The notes: generated from the sequence alone by a model not told the origin. Positions 24,901-39,059 are shown, numbered from the stretch's first letter. The stretch is 64,000 nt of DNA from Octopus vulgaris (GCA_951406725.2 OX597828.1:17298001-17362000); one strand, 5' to 3'. Translations and numbers: made by a program.

Positions 24901-25237
24901 CTTGCCGTCTACCTATCCGTCTATTACCACTTGTATCTCTCATGTCCTTTTCTCTGTCTGTCTCACTGATTTGTATTTACTACTATGCTCTTTACAGTCG
25001 ATCTGTCAAACAAATATCAGTCACTTAAATCAGATTGTTTCCATCAACCACATATCTTCCTCCAATTACCGATTGTGTCCTGAGACAAAATGCATAAATA
25101 TTAATACATTAAGATATGAATACATTAAGACTTTAAACGTGACTCGATTTCGATGCCTGGTATTGTACTCACCCCAAATGATGTAAACGTTGTTATTTCC
25201 ATTTCTCTTTTCACATTTCTTTAAATATTAAGCAGAT

Positions 25238-25592
25238 AGGAGCAGGCATGACTGCGGGTTCAGTCCCACTGTGTGGCAACTTGGGTAAGTGTTTTCTTCT
25301 ATAGGCACGGACCAAGCAAAGCCTAGTGAGTGGATTTCGTAGAGGGAGACCGAAAATAGCTTGTCGTATATATAATGAATGTGTGTCTTTGTTTCTCCTC
25401 CACCATCGCTTGACAATTGGTGATGTTGTGTTTACGTCCCTGTAGCTTAAAGGTTCGGTAAAAGACGTGGGTAGAATAAGTAATAGGCTTTTAGAACAAT
25501 AAAGTCGATTCATTCGACTACAAATGCTACAAGGCGGTACTCCAGCATGGCTGCAGTCTAATGACTGAAACTAGTAAAAGATAAAGGATAAA
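25238..25592 (+). mobile_element. SINE family A (partly deleted head)
   Basis: GGGTTCAGTCCCACTG...GGCGGTACTCCAGCATGG...TGACTGAAAC. Confidence 0.8.
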
Positions 25593-25659
25593 AAATAATT
25601 CTTGAAGTGCACGCACAAGTGTAAGAATCCAAAATGATAACGTATCTCTTCATTCTTAA

Positions 25660-26210
25660 TACGTTTGGGTAGACTCGAAAGTAAATCTAATCACTGATGT
25701 TTTCGTCGTCGGAGAACACCTCATCCTTTTATATGATGTTTGTTCATAGCATACGCGATTTGCTGGTGTAAGAACAGGTTGAGCCATTGCAGTGTTTCGA
25801 CCTCATTTTGTATCCCCTCAGTTAAATCTACTTCACCGAAGTGATGAATCCAACGAAACTCTGAACACTTGTTTACAGAAATCATTAAGCAAATTCCTAG
25901 GTGTTTCATGCTGACGTCTTCCTAACCGATGATAACTCATGGTGTACACACAGAACGGGCGAGAGTTCAACCAATAACCTATCAATTCATTCTTAATACT
26001 TTCTGACAGATTCGAAACTGTACATTTGTGCTTCGTCATTGAGCAGCACTTCTTTCCTTAAGACGATGTGCGTTCATAGCATACAGGTATGTGCAACTTA
26101 TGCCGGTGAACTGAGTGTTATGTACACGCATTTTTTAATGAGAGGTGGTGTTCTCCGACGACGCAAAACAATAAGGACCAGAAATTCACTTTGGAATCTG
26201 CCAGAGCCTA
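25660..26210. mobile_element. Old MITE with long degenerate inverted repeats
   Basis: GTTTTCGTCGTCGGAGAACACC (~25699-25720) versus GGTGTTCTCCGACGACGCAAAAC (~26147-26169). Confidence 0.55.
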
Positions 26211-28801
26211 TTTAGACTGGATGGATATGTTATTATTAAGCAATTAGTATTAAGAAAATGTTGATTTAGGAAATCAATAACATTATAGCATTAATATTAC
26301 ATTAGTGTTTTGTACTCTGACATTTGAATGTGCTTTAGAGAATACTGAACTAGTTAAAAGACACCACGCTGAGTTCTGGGGTGCGGGTAGTGCAGTAAAA
26401 AAAAATGAAAATGGTAGCCATAGCACTCGGTTATGACTAACGAGGGAGTCATTACGTAGACAATCAAACTGCTAGAAAATGTCAGTCAAAACTTCAAGTC
26501 ACACATTGACCACCTAGCGAAATAAAAGCCATAGAGGATACGCATGAATGGAACACCTTTCAACCGAGTTATGCTTGTGAAGCCTAACTTATTGCGACAA
26601 AAATGTCGTTCAGACCCATCGTGATAGGTATTTCTACAGTTTGTATACATAGCTACAGTTTACAGAGAGTTCAGTAGATGAGAAATACATTTCCTCTTGG
26701 CTATGGTGTTGGCCTTACAGCAGTTAATTGGATGAAAAGCTCTACAAAAGTAGTCAATAGTTGAATCTAAACAACTTGGAAGAAAGACAATGTGTTCTGC
26801 TTATTTTACCGAAAAAAAAAAACACCCGCAGAGGATCTGCCGCTGAAGACATTGTCCAAGACCATTTATACAATATTTCAAATGTGAAGCATAAAACATT
26901 GTTCAGACTAAAGCCTAAAAAGGCTGAATACAAACATCCAGACATACATACATACATGTATGCATGTAAGTGTGTGTGTTTGAGTGTGTGTGTGTGTATG
27001 TCTGGATGCATTTTCTAAACGAATTTCACAGCTTAGTAGGTTTATTAAATAAATACAAATATATATTGTATAAATTTAAAACAAAGAAAAACTGTTTGCA
27101 TCATATCTGCATATCTGTATCAGTTATTATAAATTAACCGTGAAATGAGTTATATGTTACTCATGCAAGTGACTATCTAATCAACTTAGTAAATCTACAA
27201 CAATTACGTTACAGAATATCTATTGATATTTTGATATTTATCTCTAAGTAAATATACAATGGATATGTAAAAGAAATCGCCGTCTTTTTTCTCATTCACA
27301 CGCAATTATTGTTCGTTTGTTTGCTTGCCTTGTGATTATTATTTTTATTATCATTATTACTTCTGTTTTATTCACTAGAGTTTACTTAGTACAAAATCAA
27401 GTTAGTGCTTTGAGATGTTTGCGATTCACCTAAAAATCCTGCTGGTCTTCTAAGAAGCTGTCAAAATAAATTATGTCTGCTTTGCTAATCAGTAGAAACG
27501 GCACAGCGTTCACACACACGCCCAGAATGCCATTGCTTGCCAGTTGGTCTAAAAGTCTCTGAGCTTGTTTTCTTATAATAAGGAGCAATACAGTAGATAG
27601 CATCATCTACTTGTAAGATGTTCTCCATCTGCTGTTTGAGATGGAAATGATCCGTTAAACATAGCTTTAATAGCATAATGTGAGAAGAACAAGAAAACTT
27701 ACGATAAACATCAGTAGGGGGAAAATAGTCAAAATTGCAACCCACGTACAAGATTTAAATGTAAAACTAAAAACTATAACAACAAAGCGAGCGACAATTG
27801 CGGTAACTAATAAGCAGCTAACGTGAGTTCTTCTAACATTTTCCTATGTAACTTTTGTAACGAAAACAAGAGCAACAACGGAGTAAAAACTTTTTATCGA
27901 CAAGTATATGTACAAGACGGTTGGTTTTGTTTTGTAAGAAAAGTCGAAAGAATTACATGTTTACTTAGCTTCTTCTGAAAAGTCGGTTGTGTGTAATTTA
28001 TCTATTTAGAGTACAACACAATCTCGTAAATGTTTTCGGTTATAAAATGTTAACCATGAAAAGATTATTTGGATTTGATGGCACCGAGATGACGTTTTTA
28101 CAATGCAAACTGTTTTATGATGAATGGAAAATGTTTGTTTAAAAGACATGTCTTTCTCTATTAATTGAAAGATTAATCGACTTTCTTTCTCGTATTCCAC
28201 AATATTGATTTATTTTGTTAAACATCATTGTAGCAAACTACTTCCGTTTTAATAACATAGCCTGCCTTATTTAACTGCGCTACATCTTTCTTTTATTTAC
28301 TTATATTACAGGATTTATTCTTTTTACTTATTTATTTTGTCCGGTACTCTGCAATTCTTGCAATCTTGCAAGCATCAAAGCCTATGGCTCTGAACCATTT
28401 TTCGCCAGTGAACCCTTAACCCTTTCCATTTCGTTTTCACTCTACTGGCCCTCGATAGCAATTCTATATTTATAAACATAATCCTACAATATTTTTTATA
28501 ATTAAATATTATGAGGAAGTGTATTCTGCCGAGATCTCGATTTTGCCTTTTATCCTTTTGGGGTCGATAATATAAATACCAGTTGAACACTGGGGTTCGG
28601 TGTAATCGATGTACCTATTTCCCCGAAATTGTTGTCCTTGTAACATAACTTACAACCGTTATTGTAAATGTATGAAAAACAGTTAAAATATTTTGTGTAC
28701 TGTAGAAATATAACCTGTTTATCGCACATACATTTTAAGGAGATCTTCTGTGAACCCCTAAGTATCAAATGGTACCAGGTTAAGAATCAATTAGACTACG
28801 C

Positions 28802-28888
28802 CAGTGGTTCCCAGCTCTTTTATTTAAATGAGTTTGTCTATGGACCACTTTTAATATGCTTATCCCTATGTGTGTGTTTGTATGTATG

Positions 28889-28947
<59 letters not shown>

Positions 28948-29121
28948 AAAGGATGTGTTATAATACTATTTCACAGCAATACCAAAAATCCAACATACAT
29001 GAATCATCAGCTGCCCCATATATATATATGATATCATATATATATATATATATGGGAAATTTTGAATTTAGTTCACGGACCCCCAGTACTACCATTGCAG
29101 ACTTCAAGTTGGGAACCACTG
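28802..29121. mobile_element. hAT (Charlie-like) MITE
   Basis: TIRs CAGTGGTTCCCA / TGGGAACCACTG; 8-bp TSD GACTACGC / GTCTAGGC. Confidence 0.75.
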
Positions 29122-29591
29122 GTCTAGGCTAACGTTTGAGATTATTCATGTAGCTGACATGCTTGATCGAAACAGCAAGCAAATTTCACGCAAATTACAT
29201 CCTGTTGTCTTAAAGCTATATGACACTTTAGATAATGTAATCAAAGATAATCTGATAGGAGTAAAGCCGAAATGATCATTGCAAGAATGCCTTTCATTAT
29301 AGGTGTGCCAACAAACGAAATCATGACAGACCAGTTCGATCATTAGAGTTCTGTGGACTAAAAAACAATGTCAACGATCAGACGTTCAAAAAATATTGAA
29401 CTATTCTTGCTAATACTTTGTATTAATATTTATTGCCAAACTAATGTAGCAGTCCATAAAAACAGGATGAATGCTGCTGTTCATTAGCTCTGAGAAGCGA
29501 TCCCATCCAGCTAGCTAAATGGCGCACGAACCCGCGTCCATAAACCTTAGAACAGGAGAGGGCATCAACTTCTCTTTGCTGGCCTGACATT

Positions 29592-29630
29592 CACAGATCG
29601 ATTTCGGAGTAGTTGCTCCTTATCAATGTG
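29592..29630 (-). ncRNA. Minimal type I hammerhead ribozyme, U3-A8 variant
   Basis: Minus strand: CACA TTGATAA GGAG-caacta-CTCC GAAA TCGA TC TGTG. Stem I CACA/TGTG, stem II 4 bp, palindromic stem III ATCGAT, AUC cleavage triplet. Confidence 0.75.
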
Positions 29631-29951
29631 GAGCAGCTGACTTCAGCATGGCTGGTTGATGACCTTTGTTCGGAGGTTTTGTTTATATATATTCAGTGAA
29701 GCACATTCACTGATTTTCAAAATTAAAAATGTTATAATTTCTAAATCTCTCTAAAGGAGAGATAGTGCAGTAGTACTGAGTATTAGTATTCATTGCCAAA
29801 CTAACGTGACAGTCCATAGAAATAGAACGAATGCTGCTGTTGATTAACTCCAAGAGGTGATCGCCTCTTGCTAGCTATATGACGCACGAACCTGCCTCCA
29901 TAAACCTTCGAACAGGGGAGGTCATCAACTTCTTTTTGCTGGTCTGGCACC

Positions 29952-29990
29952 CAAAGACCGATTTCGGTGTAGCTGCTCCTTATGAATGTG
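29952..29990 (-). ncRNA. Degenerate hammerhead ribozyme copy
   Basis: CACA TTCATAA GGAG cagcta CACC GAAA TCGG TC; G5 is mutated. Confidence 0.55.
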
Positions 29991-30533
29991 GAGCAGCCAA
30001 GGCGATCGCCTCTCGGAGCTAAACAACAGCAGCATTCGTCCTATTTCTATGAACTGCCACATTAGTTTGGCAATATATCTTAATACTCAGTACTGCCGCT
30101 GTATCTCTCCTTTAGAGGGATTTAGAAATTACAAAATTTTCTATTTTTGAAAAGAACTTTGAGAGAAACAGCATATACGGCGTCATGAGTTTCTGGTCAA
30201 GTGGTGCAAATTACAAATTTGTTGGGAAACAAATCACATGATTGTCATATCTATGTACCTGTTTGAGTATCTGTCAAGCGACCGATCAATCATTCGATCT
30301 ATCTGTCAAGTAATCGAGCAATCATTCGATGTATGTATGTATGTATGTATGTATGTATGTATGTATGTATGTATGTATGTATGTATGTATGTATCTATCT
30401 ATCTATTTAACTATCCATCTATCTATCTATCTAGCTATCTATCTATCTATCTGTCTGTCTGTCTGTCTAATCATATGTGTGTGTGTGCGTGCGTAAGAGA
30501 GTGTAAATGTCTATGTGCGTACGTGTGTGTGTA

Positions 30534-30590
<57 letters not shown>

Positions 30591-31429
30591 AACTGAAAGA
30601 AACAGAGACAGAGAGGGAGAGAGTGACAGACCACTGTTTTACAAGCAAATTATCATAATTTCTAGCTATTTACTTTACTCTTTCATTAATGCATCTAGAA
30701 TAAAATTCTTTCTATTACTGTGTTTGTAATTTAAAGAATTCGTAAGGTTGTACATGTTTAATAACGAATATACAATGGTAATTAAATCTTACTCATTTAA
30801 GCCCTTCCCTTCTTATGAACCACAGGCCATCGATGACTCCACTGTTTTCGATTCTGCGCCCTCAGGGCCAATTTCGAAGTATGGGTTGAAAAGTACACCC
30901 TAAGTGAACGCCTTCGTCGCTTAAGATTTAAATTGATCTTCTATTGCCATTGATACTCCTGTAACTTTGACTTCTTTCTATGTAAGGGTTGTGGCCTTAT
31001 ACACATCCCTTTTTACCTCTTGAAACAGTCGGTATAGCCTATGTAGTTTTAACTCATCTGCTTGAAAGGCCCTACCAAGAACTTGTTTGATGCTGGTATT
31101 GCTCTCAGTGTCGTTGAATCACACAAGCCACCACCAGATCGCAACACGCATTGGGCCTTGTAAAGGAACTAACTTTTATATGTACTTTAAAATATGATTC
31201 GTATTGTATATGAAATCTGGAATAAATATGTTTGAATGTTCGTGAGTGCCTGAATTGATTTGATTTGATTTGAATTGAACATGGCCCTGTAACTAATATC
31301 CCAATGAAAAAATCACCAAATTTACATTTATATGCGAGGGAAGTCAACATTTATCTGCAATCACACCATAACATATCTTTATTATAATCACACTGCCTAC
31401 TGCGCATGTGTGCTTATAGTTGGTACTAT

Positions 31430-31560
31430 CATCATCATCATTGTTCGACCGTGGTCGAGACAATGGAATTTACCATGCTACGCCAGACTTCACGGTCCAT
31501 CATAGCATTACGGTGGTCCTGTTGCTGTATGCATGTATCCCTGGAGATTACATCAGGGTA
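31430..31560 (-). mobile_element. RTE-clade LINE 3' fragment
   Basis: YPDVISRDT...AMMDREVWRSMV C-terminus and a (TGA)n tail. TSD ATAGTTGGT(A/G)CTAT at 31416-31429 and 31561-31574. Confidence 0.85.
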
Positions 31561-32119
31561 ATAGTTGGTGCTATTGTGGCTACGTGATCGAAGTTTGAGC
31601 CTGATCACACCATGTTTCTTTCTGTCTTTACAGTATAAGCATGGTCGCTCCACTAGCAATATGCACCAAAGAAGAACAAAGAACAGGGATCCAATTTCTC
31701 TGGTCGGAAGGTGTGTCAGGTGCTGATAGTCATCAGAGGCTTTTAGCACAATAGGGATACAGTGTATTAGAGCGTAGAAGTGTGTATGAGTGAATCGAAA
31801 AGTTTAAAAGTGACCGGAGAAGTGTGACGCACGAAGAAGGAGCATGACGCCCGTCCACCTCCACTACTGACAAGAAGAATCAGTAAGCTCGGGAGATGGC
31901 AAGGGTCAACTGGTTCACCATTACCTTCTCTCGGATCACTGGTCTATTTTTTTGTTGATGCACATTGCTAGGGGAGCAGCTGTGCTTACACTGTAAAGCC
32001 AGAAAAAAATGACACTATCAGGCTCAAATTTCGATCACTTGACCACAATAGCTCCAATTATAAGCATGCATGCGCAGCAGGCAGCGTAACGATAATAAAG
32101 ATATGTTACGGTTAAAGTG

Positions 32120-32384
32120 GTGGAGGCGCGTGGCTTAGTGGTTAGGGTGTCAGCACCAAGATCCTAAGATTGTGGTTTCGATTCCTGGACCAGGCGACGC
32201 GTTGTGTTCTTGAGCAAAACACTTCATTTCACGTTGCTCCAGTCCACTCAGCTGGCAAGAATGAGTAACGCTGCGATGGACTGGCGTCCCTTCCAGCTGG
32301 GGAACACATACGCCATTGGAACCGGGAAACCGGGCACATGAGCCTGGCTAGGCTTTAAAAGGGCGCATTTATCTTTATTTATAT
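32120..32384 (+). mobile_element. SINE family C (tRNA-like head, CORE-like body, tail shared with family B)
   Basis: Box A TGGCTTAGTGG and box B GTTTCGATTCC. TSD GGTTAAAGTG at 32110-32119 and 32385-32394. Confidence 0.9.
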
Positions 32385-33600
32385 GGTTAAAGTGAAGATA
32401 ATTTTTGATTCCACCTCGTAATTTCTTCGCTCTTCTATAGTGCCTTCAAGAACTCAAATAAGAATTATTTTAGTGCTAAAAAGGCACGTCCCCAGGATCA
32501 TCCTTGAAGAGTTGGAAGTCTATTGGTTATCTATTCCTGACTTGTTGATCGATACTTATATCATTTCATGATTTCATATACAAAAATAAACTGCCTTTAT
32601 TATAAAGTAAAAATATCCTTTCTAGATAAAACTTTTCAATGTTTCCATAGTTAACTCACATATTTAAAGCATCTTCCACTTTTGAGTAAGTTGGCCGTCT
32701 AAGGAAAAATTTCCAAGTCTCATAAATTAACATTGAATTAATCCCATGAACTATACAATATTTTATGTTATTTAATACCTAACTTAGGTACTTTAATATC
32801 CGGAAGCCGACGTAAATTGCTTCTAAAATAGAGTTTCGTGGCATATCCAATATAGAGAAAAAAAATTCTATTTCTAGTGAAAAATATTTGTTTTACATTC
32901 CGAGTCAAGAATACAATATTCCATATTTGAAGAGTATTTGATCCAAGTAGTCAACTCGAACAGAGAGAGTAGTATTAGTTGTGATAGAAAGATATTCAGT
33001 TCCTTTAACCTGGTGCTTCACTGATCAAGGAAGAAAAAATATTTAATTGAATATTTATAGTGAAATTGCATCGATTTCTGGTCATATTCATATCGTTTCT
33101 TATGAAAAGGGTTAACTTTTTCAATGATTACATCAAGATATTGCTAACGTCAGGTCTTAAAAAATGGATATCTGCATTTATTTGAGAAGAGAAAAGCTAA
33201 TTTAATATTTATTATCAGCCAAGAGAGAAAAAGTAGTCTTAAATATTTAACATTTCTAGACATGTTGCAGTTTCATGCGGAAAATAATTGTCAAGGGCAG
33301 GAAACTTCAGAAATAGTTCCATTATGAAAGAATAATTCCTCTAGTGAACGAAGAGAATTTGCAGCTGGCTGAAATAATAGCGTTTCCGATCACTGATGTT
33401 TGGTATCCTTTATCGTGTTCAAGGCGTATGCTACTTAACTCTGGTTCGCTCAATCTACATACCCATAAATAGATTCACCGTGGACACGATAATTTACTAT
33501 CTCTTTAGCAGACAGCAGCAGGCATCGGCAAATAATATATGTATATGTATGTATAAACACACGCACGTACATACATACATACACACACACACACTCACAC

Positions 33601-33644
<44 letters not shown>

Positions 33645-33684
33645 ATTGCCATCACCTTTCTTTAGTTATTGATTCAAGCGTAAC

Positions 33685-33724
33685 TTTGACTGAAGATACA
33701 TAATCAGGTCGAAACGTCAGTCTT
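33685..33724 (+). ncRNA. Possible degenerate hammerhead ribozyme
   Basis: CTGAAGA...GGTC GAAAC GTC; stem II is imperfect. Confidence 0.35.
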
Positions 33725-34747
33725 AGGGTCCCATTACGTCGATAAACCAAGTGCGTTGTCAACATCAATTCCCTGAAATTAGGTATCTCCGAAGACTAAA
33801 TGGAAATGCGATTAACATATGTAGATCAAATCTTCCGCAATATATACTTTATCGTTGTGAGAGTAAAATGTTATCTTAGAACAGATGAAAGACTATCGTT
33901 GTTGTTTATCAACGGCTCAACTCATATTCAGCAAAAGTATTCTAGCAGTATCCTCGTTATTTTAGAAGCATCTCAGACAGACTAGCGTCCCATATGCACC
34001 CTTCTTTTTTCCTTCCTTTGTTGTAGATCATACGACAGACTATCAATGTCAATTTGTTTTACTAAACCCTTCCTGGTGGTGCCCAAACATAGCTGCATTC
34101 CATCTACTCGAATAAGTAAAAGAGCAAAAGAACAATTGCAGTCGAACTCAGAACAAAACAAAAAGCTACGCATTTTCGAATATCATAATCCTAACACGCA
34201 CTAACAGATTCGTTAATTCAGCACTTATAATTAAAATACAAATGGAATGCTGCAAGCAAGAGCGGCAGATATGTCAACACCTTCATTTTCAAATATCATA
34301 ACGCAAAGCGAAAATGGTACCGATTCACTTTTATCACATATTCACACAGGAAATAAAGTCATAGAAAGATATACACGAAAGACAAAAACCAAAACTAACG
34401 AAAAACAAGAAAGTCTTATTTCTTCTAAGAAGTAAAAAAAAGATTAGGGTGACTGTAGAAATGAAATTAATTTGATTGTTTTAACACGTAGAAAGTTAGG
34501 TAAGACGTCAGCACCCACATCCTGTTATCAAAATGTCTACCGGAAATATTTGGCAAAGATAAATGCGACGATTGAGACGACTAAATATAAAGCTTTTACA
34601 TTACTATCCACAGACCTACAGGAACCATGTGGTTGTATGTTTGGAAAAGGAACATGAAACCCTGCATGCTACGCCAGTGCCCATATATATGTTCCTCTGT
34701 CTATTGTGTGCATATATATATATATATATATATTTATGTATGTCTAT

Positions 34748-34970
34748 GAAGGAGTATGGCTTCGTAGTGATAAAGGTATTGGGCTCCTGATCATAAAATT
34801 GTGGTTTCGATTCCAGGATGAGTCGATGCATAGTGTTCTTGAGCAAAGCACTTCATCTCTAGCTACTCCAGTCCACTCAGCTGGTAAATATGAGTAAACT
34901 TGAGATGGACTGGTGGCACATCCAGGGAGAATATGTATATATGTCAGAGTAACCAGGAAACCAATACCAT
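34748..34970 (+). mobile_element. SINE family C, old copy
   Basis: TGTGGTTTCGATTCC...TGTTCTTGAGCAAAGCACTTCA...GTCCACTCAGCTGG. Confidence 0.7.
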
Positions 34971-35435
34971 GTTTCTTACGGAGTTATATAGACTGACCAT
35001 ATATGTAAGTACATGTATTATTGACAGCACCCTACATGTCAAAAGAATTGCAGCATAATTCTTCTCCCTACAATGACGTTTTTAAATCACTTCGGGTGCC
35101 TTGGTTACAACGATTTTATAGGGGAAATGAAAAAAATTGAAAGATCAGACGAGGTCTGAGTTTCTTCAAAAAATTGGAAAACATAACAGCATAGAAGAAA
35201 TTGTGTTGCAGAAGTTTTTAATTCTAAACATATTACAGACACACGCAAAAAAAAAAATGAAACATTTACAACACTTACCTCAAAAGACACCTTTATGACT
35301 CGATGAGTATAAATCTCTTCAGCCGTTGCCGATCAAAGGGGACCTGTCTCCCCAACCCCGACTGTGTTACAAAATTTACAGTTGTAGATAGCAGCATGGA
35401 CACTTGATATATAAATTAACAGGTAATGAATATAT

Positions 35436-35631
35436 ACTCTTTTAATCTTTTACTTGTTTCAGTCATTTGCCTGCGGCCATGCTGGAGCGCGGCCTTTAGT
35501 CGAGCAAAGTGACCCCGGGACTTATTCTTTGTAAACCCAGTACTTATTCTATCAATCTCTTTTCCCGAACCGCTAAGTGACGGAGACGTGAACACACCAG
35601 CATCGGTTGTCAAGCAATGCTAGGGGGACAA

Positions 35632-35691
<60 letters not shown>

Positions 35692-35845
35692 ACGACAGGC
35701 TTTTTTCAGTTTCCGTCTACCAAATCCACTCATAAGGCATTGGTTGACCCGGGGCTATAGCAGAAGACACTTGCCCAAGGTTCCACGCAGTGGGACTGAA
35801 CCCGGAACCATGTGGTTGATTAGCAAGCTACTTACCACACAGCCA
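35436..35845 (-). mobile_element. SINE family A, near full length
   Basis: Matches the other family A copies on the minus strand. Confidence 0.85.
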
Positions 35846-36613
35846 CTTTGTCCCTTATATATATATATAAGGGACAAAACAGTTACTCTAGTTTTAAATA
35901 AAACTGTCTAAAGAGACAATCAAACAACATCGGAACCCCACAGTTGTGGGAATATAAATTTGGGATGATTTGCTATAAGTTAGCAACCATAGAGACACGC
36001 ACTGAAACATGTAGATGCCCTGGGAGGGAACTTGTGGTAAATATCGAATATCATCTTGTAATTACCTACTAACATACATAATAAACATCTCTCTCTCTCT
36101 CTCTTTCTCAATACATACATATATATATATATATATACATACACACACATACACAAATTATTTGATATTTACCACAAGTTGCCTCGCAGGATTATCCTAT
36201 CTCTGTCTGTCTTTCTGTGTTTATGTGTGTGTGTATGAATAGGTATGCTGATGCAAATAGGAAAAATATATGAGTATATGTATAATTTCATTAATATTTA
36301 GCTGACACAACAGTGATTCAAGAAACGAGAGGGCGTTGGCACTTATCAACACAAAACTCTTGGCCCTTGAGTCACTCTGTTGCTTCTCCTAAATATTAAT
36401 ATATGTATGTATGTATCTATCTATATCTATATATATATGTATAGTACAAACACACACACGCACATATATATGTACGTAAATATATCTTTCTCAACTTAAT
36501 TCTACTCAAAGGCTATTGGTTAACCCAAAACCATTAAAGGGAATTGGAACGCATTTGGATCGCACACAACGCCACACCTTTGGCAATATACAAAGCACCC
36601 CCCACATACACAG

Positions 36614-36645
<32 letters not shown>

Positions 36646-36904
36646 CTTGTGTGTACCTATTTGCGAGGTTGCGTGCGCGGGTGTTCTCATGCATGCGTGC
36701 GTGCACACATGTGTGACCCTCTTCGAAAAACATCTCCAAATCTTCCAGTGTATAGTATGTCATCGGTTATATTAATTACTTGAGAGAAGGATTCTCAATA
36801 CTTCTTCCTTTAACACCTTCGGGAAATATATCACCTCAAACTCTTCAGTACAATGTGCTTATGTCAGCCTTCAAAAGCATGTAAGTGATACGAACAACGA
36901 CTGT

Positions 36905-37148
36905 TAGCTACGTGATGCTCTTTATCCCTGTCTCTTATCTGTCTGTCTGCCTCTCTCTGTCGCTGTCTGTCTGTCTGTCCCTCTTTCTCGCTCTCTGTCA
37001 CTTCTCTGGCTCTTTCTCTGTCTCTCTGTCTCTCTGTTTCTCAGTTTGTCACTCTCTCTGTTTTTTTCTCTCTCTCTGTCACTTTCTCTGTTTGTCTGTC
37101 TCTCTCTCTCACTGTTTCTCTCTCTCTGTCACTTTTTCTGGCTCTTTC

Positions 37149-37179
<31 letters not shown>

Positions 37180-37958
37180 GTCTCTCTCTCTCTGTTTCTC
37201 AGTTTGTCACTTTCTCTGGCTCTCTCTCTCTCTCTATCTCTGTCTCTCTCTGTTTCTCTGCCTGTCACTTTCTCCGGCTCTTTCTCTGCCTGTAGCTCTC
37301 TCTCTCTCTCTCTCTCCCTTTCTCTGTCTGTCACTTTCTCTGCTTCCTTCTCTATTTGTCTGTCTGTCTCTCACACTCTCTCTCTTTCTCTGTCACTATT
37401 TCTTGCTCTTTCGCTATTTGTCTGTCTCTGTCTCTCTTTCTCTCACTCATTTTCTCTCTTCCTCCTCCTTTTGTCCCTCTGTTTTTTTCCTCAGTCTCTT
37501 CCTTTCTTTCTTTCCTTCTTTATCTTCCTTTTTTCCTTCTCATTCTCTTTCATTCTCTCCCTCTCCCGCCTTCTCCCTCACCCGCATCTTCCCTCACCCA
37601 CTCTCTCTTTTTCTGTTTTCTTTTCCCGTCTTTCGCTCTATGTCTCTCTTTCATTCTCTCCCAACCTCTCCCTCTTTCAGTCTTTAAGTTTCTCTCTCAC
37701 CCTTTCCCTTTCCTTTCTTCTTCCTCTGTCGTCTTCATTTTCTTTTTGTCTTTCTTCTCTCTCCCTAATCCCCGCTCTCTCTCTTTCATTCTTCGTAACT
37801 CACCTTCTCTCATTCTTGTCTCGCACCCTCCATCTCTCTTTTTGCACACCTTCCCTTCCTTCTCCCTCACGGCTTCTCCCTTTCGTTCCACCAGCCTCAC
37901 CTGACCCCCACTTTCTACCACCACTCTCTGTCTATCTGTCTCTCTCTTCCGCTCTCTG

Positions 37959-38022
<64 letters not shown>

Positions 38023-38064
38023 CTTACCTACCTATCTCTGTCTGTATAGCTGTCTGTCTGCTTG

Positions 38065-38105
<41 letters not shown>
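36905..38105. repeat. ~1.2-kb CT-rich tract with a higher-order CTGTCACTTTCTCTGGCTC repeat and (TATC)n
   Basis: Seen directly; explains the S/L-rich ORFs. Confidence 0.9.
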
Positions 38106-38106
<1 letters not shown>

Positions 38107-39059
38107 GGAACCCTAGTCTTTACTTTATTGCCACCAACCAAACACTTCAGTTTATTTAGCCAAGCACTGTAATTCAATGAAATATATGCTTCTGTAAAAT
38201 TCTTTCTTCAAAGAATCGTTGCTCAGGCTGCTTGCAATTTGATTCTATTTCATTTCCAGGTGTATAGAATTTCATGAATTCTTCTTCATTGCCTGTGATG
38301 AGAGACGCTAAAACGATATATGTTATATTTCCTGAAGTTCGTGTTAATATTGATTTTATTTATAATTTCTTCTCTATTTTCTTCCCGTTTTCTCCGAAAA
38401 CGAAACAACAATATTTGTATAATGGCAAAGTTTATTACTGGTATGCATTTAATCTATATTTGTGGAATGAATGTAAAATAGACCGAGGTAGGTAAAGTTT
38501 GTGATAATATTCTTTTTATATTTTCACAGGCCTCTATTTTTAAGGAGGAAAGAATACAAGTAGGATGTTAGCACTGCTCACAAAGAATTTAAAACGTTTA
38601 TATTGATTCTACGGTTCGCTCGTCTTGCTGGAGTTAGCAGCTAAATCTCACACAAATTACATCCTATTTTCTTAACAGAATGAGAAAAAACACATTCGAT
38701 AATCACTTTTTGAAGTTATCTCCACAGATTATCAATAGAAACTAGAGTCAGCAATGAAAGTTACGACGTTTCATATACGAAACGATCGTAAATAATACGA
38801 TCGAAGACAGAAAAATTGGTATTGAGTAGTTATTTAAGCAACGTGGATAGATAATGGGTTGGATGTGGTGTAGAAGGAGGAGCAAGAACTCCGGAAATAT
38901 ACATATACACTGATTCTATTTTTCTATCTTTGATTGCTTTGTTTACATCGACGTATTCGTATACATACATCGTAGTTTTCAGTGCTAGGTAGGACACAGT
39001 AGTGACTTATGAGACTTTAATAGATTTAGTACTATATCATTGTTGCCTGAAATACAGAA

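Larger units (their letters stand above)
29405..30153 (-). mobile_element. Penelope-like pseudo-LTR array: two ~360-bp direct units plus an inverted partial copy
   Basis: 29405-29640 matches 29765-30000; 30000-30153 is the reverse complement of 29714-29868. Each direct unit carries a hammerhead motif. Confidence 0.75.
31335..32418. mobile_element. Mariner-derived fold-back element (two left ends) with nested RTE and SINE C
   Basis: Ends CGAGG... and ...CCTCG|TA. The plus strand encodes a decayed transposase N-terminus, MVAPLAICTKEEQRTGIQFLWSEGV...VYE*IEKFK..R.SVTHEEGA*RPST. 31930-32418 is an inverted copy of the left end. Confidence 0.8.

Noticed and set aside
37046-38049. Long S/L/F-rich ORFs (up to 281 aa)
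   Set aside because: They are translations of a CT microsatellite tract.
38260-38311. CIEFHEFFF as the second half of an EF-hand terminal exon
   Set aside because: No upstream exon supplying the DxDxDG half was found; the nearest good donor gives an unrelated peptide.
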